Assembly: GCA_036172245.1 (NCBI GenBank)
Contig: JAYWIR010000058.1
Span: 310,001-374,000 of the forward strand
DNA length: 64,000 nucleotides
Source: Raillietiella orientalis
Taxonomy: Eukaryota
Reading direction: 5' to 3'
The translations under genes and the position numbers were made by a program. Shown one piece after another: positions 57,100 to 64,000 of this stretch (within the stretch, counting starts at the first letter, position 1; every line of letters starts with the position of its first letter). The notes beneath the pieces are model-generated. The model searched no databases and was not told the DNA's origin. It saw only the letters and a program-made list of their open reading frames with translations.

Positions 57100-58600
57100 A
57101 CAATATACAGAATACTTGGGACGTGTCCCAGGATAGCAACATTCCTGGAAAGTCATGGTATAGGGTCACCAGGGAGTGGAGGAGGAGCCTGCATTCATGG
57201 GGGAGATCAGGACAAAAGTGCTTTGCAAACTCTAGTTACTTCCCGTTTCGGAAGAAAACATTCCTTACGGTTCCGTGGTTTTCACTTTCTTTTTGCTGCA
57301 AACGGACAGTCGAGAGCAAGCAGGGACCATTTCAACAAAGCACTGTCCAAACTTATAGTAAACTTGAATAGTGCCTGCGAAAAGCAGCCCTTAATGGCCC
57401 AACTATCAGGTGTACAGCGAGCATCATCTCCCATAGTATGATAATGAGGGTCTCAGGGAAGAGAGCAACTGAAAGGAGATACTCGTCATCAGTTCCCTTC
57501 AAGAACAAGAGGACGGTTCGCTGCGCCAGAATATGACATTGCGCTTCTCATTCCTGCAACATAGGGGCACTCTTTTGGGGTTTCTTAACAGCGATGTCCT
57601 TGCTCAAGGCGTGAAAGTGGCAACAGATTCAGATCTCTCTTCTACTCTCTTACTTCTCATTTCGAGAGAATGTCATCCGAGCGTCCTCTCAGCGGTCAGT
57701 TGCGTGCTACTTGGTCAAAACCCTTTCTTTGAGATTAGCGTCTTCAGAAAAGTATATAAGTGCCTTCCACAAAATCGGACGTCGGATGTTACGATGGGTT
57801 AGTGCGCTTCTCTGTATGCCGAGGCACACCAACCATGCATGGAACAATGCCGAAGGAATAAGACTGTTTTTGGAAGAACTCTAATCAATTCTCTGCATCA
57901 TTTGAGAGCATTCACTATAAGGAAATCTTTGAAACTGATTAAAAGACAACCGGCGATCTTTATGTAGTGCCGCCAGTCTGGTCGGATACTGTGCCAAGCA
58001 CGGCACATTCTTCCGAACTCTTCAAATAATGTGCAAATGATTGCGATGAGTAGAGGATGATTGCCAAAAAAGGGCTGATCATGGAATACTCTCCATTGCT
58101 TCTTGAGAAGATCATGATACGAATTTCTCGATACATATCCGAAATTTACTAGATCCGCAAGAAAATGGTTTTCTTTGCAAGCAAGATTTTAAGCTTGATA
58201 ATAACCACCATTTAAAGTTTTTTGTCTGTCTCTCACGTCAAGAGGAATGAACAATTGTTTCACGAAACCAAGGTCAGCAGATGAAATGCAAGGCAGTCTT
58301 ATTGTCTCCTTAAGGTTCTCCAATTAGGATTTTGACAAATCGAAAACAAATTTCGTGTATCTGCAAGAGTTTCGATTAGGGATGGACTCCATCGTGAGCA
58401 TGACAGCTTGACTGGAGTGCTACAGTGAGCTGCGCAACACTCGAAGATATTGGGTTTTCGAATGTCTAGAGTACTCGAAAAATTGTGGCACGAAACTCAG
58501 AAGCTTTCTTCTCCTCTAGATGGAACTCAAAAGTTGTTTCTCGAAAGAAACACTCTACAGCATCATTCAGACAGGACGAATGAATTCTAGATTTCAAACG
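57100..58600 (+). mobile_element. Decayed LINE remnant (APE endonuclease to RT region), boundaries approximate
   Basis: Ordered motif relics: IPG...GGGACI (about 57140-57195), GI/SPLLLEK (about 58085), QEFRLGMDS (about 58365, cf. QxGFRxGxST) and SEAF (about 58500, cf. SKAFD). Confidence 0.4.
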
Positions 58601-60979
58601 TTCTCAAGAGCAAGCAGTGAACACGTTCTTCATAGAGGTTTGATTCGAAAAGTCATCTGAAACATGGCAATAGTGAACAGAATATCAGCACAGGAGGCAA
58701 GAAAGGAATGCTAGTGAGCGGTCAGTTTCCTTGCATCAAATCTACCGAGTGAACGTCGTTATTGTTAACGTCCATCAAATGTTATGGGAATCTCGCAAGA
58801 AAGTGAACGTCTGCAGCTTGGCTCTTCAAAAATATCGCACTATATGGAAATCATCTCCGAATCTTACTTTACGAGAGATTCATCTGGACCATTTTGTGGT
58901 CTGAAAGCTCACAGACAGAAAGGGAGTGAGAGGTTTTACGCAGAACCCACTTGGGAGGACGGAAAGAACCCATGACCTTGCATGCTAAGGGATCTGGAAT
59001 CAATGAAACGTTTCTTTCAGTTTGTTCTGATCTCTTCACAAACTGTTGCAACTGTTGAGCAAAGGGAACGCTCATGAAACTTCAGGGCTTCAGATAGAGC
59101 AATGGTAATGGAGTTTCTCTAATGGCTGGGTAACTTTCTGACCTAAAGAAAACATTAGATGGATAATTACCTAGACAACACACTAACTACGAGAAAGATC
59201 AAGAGTTGGAATTTTTCGAGGATCTACTCATCAAGAATGGAGCACAACAGCAATGCTTTCCAGCTGAGCCTGCAGGTTTCTAAATATCTTCCTCCTTTCT
59301 CCTCCCCTAGTGAATTAAACATCATTCCAATAGGAATCTTTGTGTATTTTTCCAAAGATTCAAAGTTAATTCTCACTTTTGTTCTGCAGTGTGAATTTCT
59401 CCCTCATTTCTCTTGAGATGTGCACAAGTATATTTGATGAAACTCTGCTCAATTTATCGATAATGGTCACACAAACATCACTCTAATAGAGTCGTAAAAA
59501 TACTCTTCTGCTCATTGTTATGTACTCATCGTTAAATGAGTATCCATCGTAATAGAAAATCAAAGAATTAGTGATTCTTTGCAACAGTGTTCATTGAATT
59601 TTAGGTCACAGAGTTGGAGAAGGATGACAATAAAGTTTTATGAAAGCTGCTGCAACGGTACTTCGAAATTAATTTGATCTTCCAGTTCTCATTAATTCTA
59701 ATGCTAATTTTCACTTGATTTCTTGTATTCAACTCTATGACCATTAAATACAAGATCCATAAAGCACATAGAAACACATGCACACAACATATCTTTCAAT
59801 GGAGCATATTCGATTAAACTACTTCGCCAATAAGGATAAAAACCTCTCAAAGAGCGCTCACGCAATAGAAACACTCGTCTTTTTTTCTGTCCAACCATAC
59901 GACCATGTAATCGTTATATTGCTCTGGTAGCCTTTCGACCATTTTAGATAAATTAGGTTCGCCGAGAGAAGTCATGCGAGACACTAGTAAGATTTGTCGT
60001 CATACTTTCTGTATTTGATGTGGGTGTTCATTCTGTGCGAACATGAGCGTGTGAGGTTGGGAGGCTCAAATGAACCAAAGATTTTAAGCCTGCACTGACT
60101 GTTTTCACTTGTTTGCACTGATGTCAGTTTTCTTCCAATTAAAACAATTCAATATAATACACTCAGGATACTGTAAAAATATGTGCTGCAATAACAGTAT
60201 TGTAAAACGTATATTATTAACCAATAAAATGCTAAAAATTAAAAAAAAACAGAATTATAACCGAAACAGAATTGCAGAATTTCTTGTTATATACATTATC
60301 ACATCATAATTATATGAAATAATAATTGCATGAAACCATTTTCACTAATTAATGATATTTAATACATGCATCAGTGAACATATTAAAGAATTATGCACTT
60401 TTGAGTTATTTTTAAACAGCAACGCAAAAAATTTGCATTTTTCGATTGATGTGAAAATTAAAAATAAAACAAAATAAAACTCGATACAATTCTGAACATC
60501 ACTAGGATTTCTTTCTCTAATCAAGAGAACTTCCTCTAATGAAAATTTAAGAACTTGAGGGTATACAATAGGATTGTTAATCTCTTGATTGGTAATAAAT
60601 TCATTGCATAGACATAATTGCCTCAACTGCACTTTTTTAAACAAGATGCATAGATGTACTGTACCGTTTTACTGCGTCTTTCTACGAATGGTCGTACCCA
60701 GTGATTCGATATTATCGCTAGATAGCTTGTTTGGGCCTATAAAGAGCTTGTTACTCAGAAGGAGTCATGGCGACCCGTAATAAATAAAGCACAATAAACA
60801 AGACAATGGAAAAGCAATTCCTGTCCAAACACTGTACCTACTATTGAGAAAATACTGTGGGAAAGTAATCAGTAAGATTATAATAGAGTTTTGGGCAAGA
60901 TTTCTGTTTCTTCTGAAAACTATCCAATCTAATTACGAGGATCCTAAAGGTTCAGGGGATAGTTTCGTCAAAAAATAAG

Positions 60980-61900
60980 TACCAATTCAAATGTACTTAA
61001 ACTTCACATGTAACTTCCTGAATGTTTCTTCTACTCTTCTGCACATTTGCTTCGTTGAGCCGAAAACACTTTCCACCAAAAATACAGAAACTATGAATCT
61101 TAATGCCATCACTCTGGGAAATTTGAGTGTAGCATCCATCATGGAAGGCCTGTGCAATGACTCTTGGCTGTTTTCTCAGGTTTACAAAAACGAAGACCTG
61201 GGAAATTTTTTCACGTTGGAGTTTGCAAAAATGCGAGAATCCACTAATTCTGATAACAGAATTCGTGAATGCTTACATTTTTGTGTATCCTGCTTAATTT
61301 CCAAGCCGATAGGGAGCGATATCTCTTAGCGATCGTTTCTCCGATACATGGATGCAGATGAATAGCCTTCAGAGTCTCCAAACTCGATTTGTGTCGGAAC
61401 CGTGAGTCGCCAGCTTCAAGTGTTTCCGATGAAAAGCTCGAATCACTGTAAAGTTCCAGAAAGTTCTACTACGCAGCATGAAACATCTGAGCACATCACT
61501 TGTCGAACTACAAAAGCTCTTGGAAGTGGTTCCCTCAGCTGCAATCTGCGCAAACTGAGGATAGGATGGATTGTCCCTTCTAAAAGAATTTCCAAAGTTC
61601 ACCACCGTGAACTAGCGCTATCGAAAGATTCTCAGAAACCAAATAGATACAAGACAAAAAGATAGCCCAAAGAGTGGAGGTCAAAAGAGACGGAAGCGGC
61701 TTCTTTAAAGTCATAGGTCCATCCTCTCTTTCATCAAAAACGGCTACCAGACATTATGCATCCATCTAAACCATCCACAATTTTCTTTTTCCCTGAAGCT
61801 GCTAAGTGTGCTTCTCGAAGACTTCTCAATTCTGATCCCTGGATTCTTTTGCCTCCCTTCTGGAAGTTCCACATGCTCCGGCGTCGCTCTCTTACCCAGG
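60980..61900 (-). mobile_element. Decayed LINE reverse transcriptase remnant, boundaries approximate
   Basis: Minus-strand relics in order: QKGGK (about 61850), VLYLFGF*ESFDSA (about 61655-61615, cf. VIYLDFxKAFDSV) and IQEV../FKY (about 61020-60995, cf. FKYLG). Confidence 0.45.
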
Positions 61901-64000
61901 TTTCCCACGGACCCCAATCAGACTCATGAGCACTAGGTGCTCCTCTCTCTGTCAGTCCCGCAGAATACTTCCATCGCCCCCATCTCCTCGCGTAGCAGTC
62001 TCTATAAGGAATCCAGAAGACGTGAAGCTCTTAACTCTTTAAGGAACAAAATGTCTTCAAGGCTCAGAAGGGTGAAGGGAAATAAACCAAGAAAGTAGTG
62101 GAAGCAAGAGCGTGTTCTTCCAAGCTCGCCGATGGAGCTGACTTCGAAACAATCTCACAAATCTATGGATAGGGAAGTACGGACAAGGAATAGTAGAGAG
62201 CCTGTTGAAGGAAGAAAGAGGAAAAGATCGGCTTGCGTAAATCCTCCCCTCCTCCCCCCAAATCCTCCGCGCCAGCAGGAGCTGGATGGAGCACTTCGGA
62301 AAGGGAATTCACGAAGCTTGGCCTGACCCTTTATTAGTTTGTCACTCTTCCTAAAGGTTCGATACTTCTATGCTCAGTAGGGACGCCCCCGCAAGCAGCA
62401 AGTACGGCTGACATGAGTGAGCCCTACGCAATTCACTATAGGCAACCACTGAGAACGCTGAAAGACTGCATAAAATGATCTGAAGATATCTTGCAAGCTT
62501 TACATAATCGGAGCGAGCGAATGTCCCTCCTCTCAAAACGGAAGAAAGGAAAAGAATGAAATTTTCTTCCTATTTAAATTCCCTATCTCGATTGTTTTCC
62601 TATCTCGACTGCGTTTTTTTCTTTGCTCTCTTGTGAAATCGAATCGGCTGTACTGACGGGAAGAATAACATATTCAAAGGGAAAATCCGTCAATAGTCCG
62701 TATAAGTATAATGCAAAAGATCGTATCAGTGGCCAAAAAAAAAAAAAAAAAAAAAAAAAAAATCGATAGACATTTCAACAGAATTCTCAATTTCTCTCCA
62801 GAAAGAGAACACAAAGAAAAAGGAAGTTTTTCTGGCCCTGGATTTAAAGTTACAGGATAAAGCAGGAAACGATCCAGAATCTGTGTCAGTCTTAATTTTC
62901 GTGCCGCGAAAACAGGTTTTTCGTCAGAATTCAAAGGAAATTCAGTGAGGATCACTTTGAAATACTTTAGAGAGTCCAAGAACATTTATTTCAATCAAAA
63001 ACAAAAGCAATGGACTTGAAAAAAAACACACACACACAATAAAGCAAAAAAAGATTCTTTCGAAGTTTTGAGGGAAAAGAGCAACTTACTGTCACGTTAG
63101 GAGGTCGCACTGGATGCAGACAAAATCACGTTGGGGTCTTCCATTCAAAAAATTTCAAGTATCACTCTGCACCTAGTCCATTTCTAAATGAGTCTACAAT
63201 TTTCACATGTTGATGTTCTTCTGTTTCTCATGACCGATGAATTTTTTTTTTCTTTTCGAATCCTCCAAATCTCCTCTCAAGTGTTTGCTTCCAGGAGCAA
63301 AATCTGGGCTTCAAAGCCGACCTATTTTTTCTTTCTTTCTTTTGTTCTCCCCTTCAATCTCTTTCAACTCCTGTTGAAAGCCTGCTCCATTTTCTGCTTT
63401 CTTGTGCAAGTGAAAAATCTCGATAGGGGTAGCGGAGCGATTTCTCCATCAATTATTTATGAAGTTATGGCTGCCTCACGCGAAGAGCACGTATGCATTG
63501 TTGAAGAGCGTACGCACACGTGTTGCCGCGACATGCAAACGCACGTGCACGGACGCGCCACTTCTTACAGTGCAGCTTTGATTTTGCAAAACTGCTTCGG
63601 ACCGGAGGAAAACACTCGGGTAATTACGATTCGGGTCAACAGAAATGTATCGAAAATGACAGAATAAAGACGAAACGCTCAAATCATGCAAAAGATATTG
63701 AGAAGATGTACGGAGAATGAAACGCTCACTCACTTGCTCATTACTGAATAAGCAATATCATCCAAATCGTAATCTGTGCAACCAGAAAGCTCTCACAATG
63801 CTACCAAAGTTCTTCCATTTGCACTACTATCACGTCTTCTATTCGGATGTTTTAAGTGCTTTATTCCGGCTTTCCTCTGATTTTGGCAAATCCCAAGAAT
63901 CCGCTACCGCGTAACGGCAATATGGTAACAAATTTTGTTACAAAGTATATTCGGAGAACAGATAGTAGCAACTGCTTTTTTTTATTCCATATATGTGATG

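Overview
Eukaryotic (metazoan, probably non-insect arthropod) genomic DNA, AT-rich, with very short spliceosomal introns (mostly 39-57 nt). Exon-by-exon reading supports these genes: casein kinase II alpha (+) tail-to-tail with ribosomal protein S26 (-); CPSF1/CPSF160 (-); a GPx1/2-type glutathione peroxidase (-); tRNA-Pro(CGG); menin (-); DTD2/ATD (+); CCDC97 (-); and a two-exon secreted Gly/Tyr/Lys/Arg-rich protein. The glutathione peroxidase is fragmented in the ORF track because it has an in-frame TGA at the catalytic selenocysteine position, and a GUGA-type SECIS hairpin lies just after its stop codon. The DTD2 and CCDC97 coding sequences overlap by 15 bp on opposite strands. There is also a candidate 44-aa basic micro-gene, several decayed LINE-like remnants and two unexplained GC-rich islands. 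No wholly new multi-gene system is evident. The most notable items are the Sec-GPx/SECIS, the antisense CDS overlap and the orphan secreted protein. All calls are by eye, without database searches.
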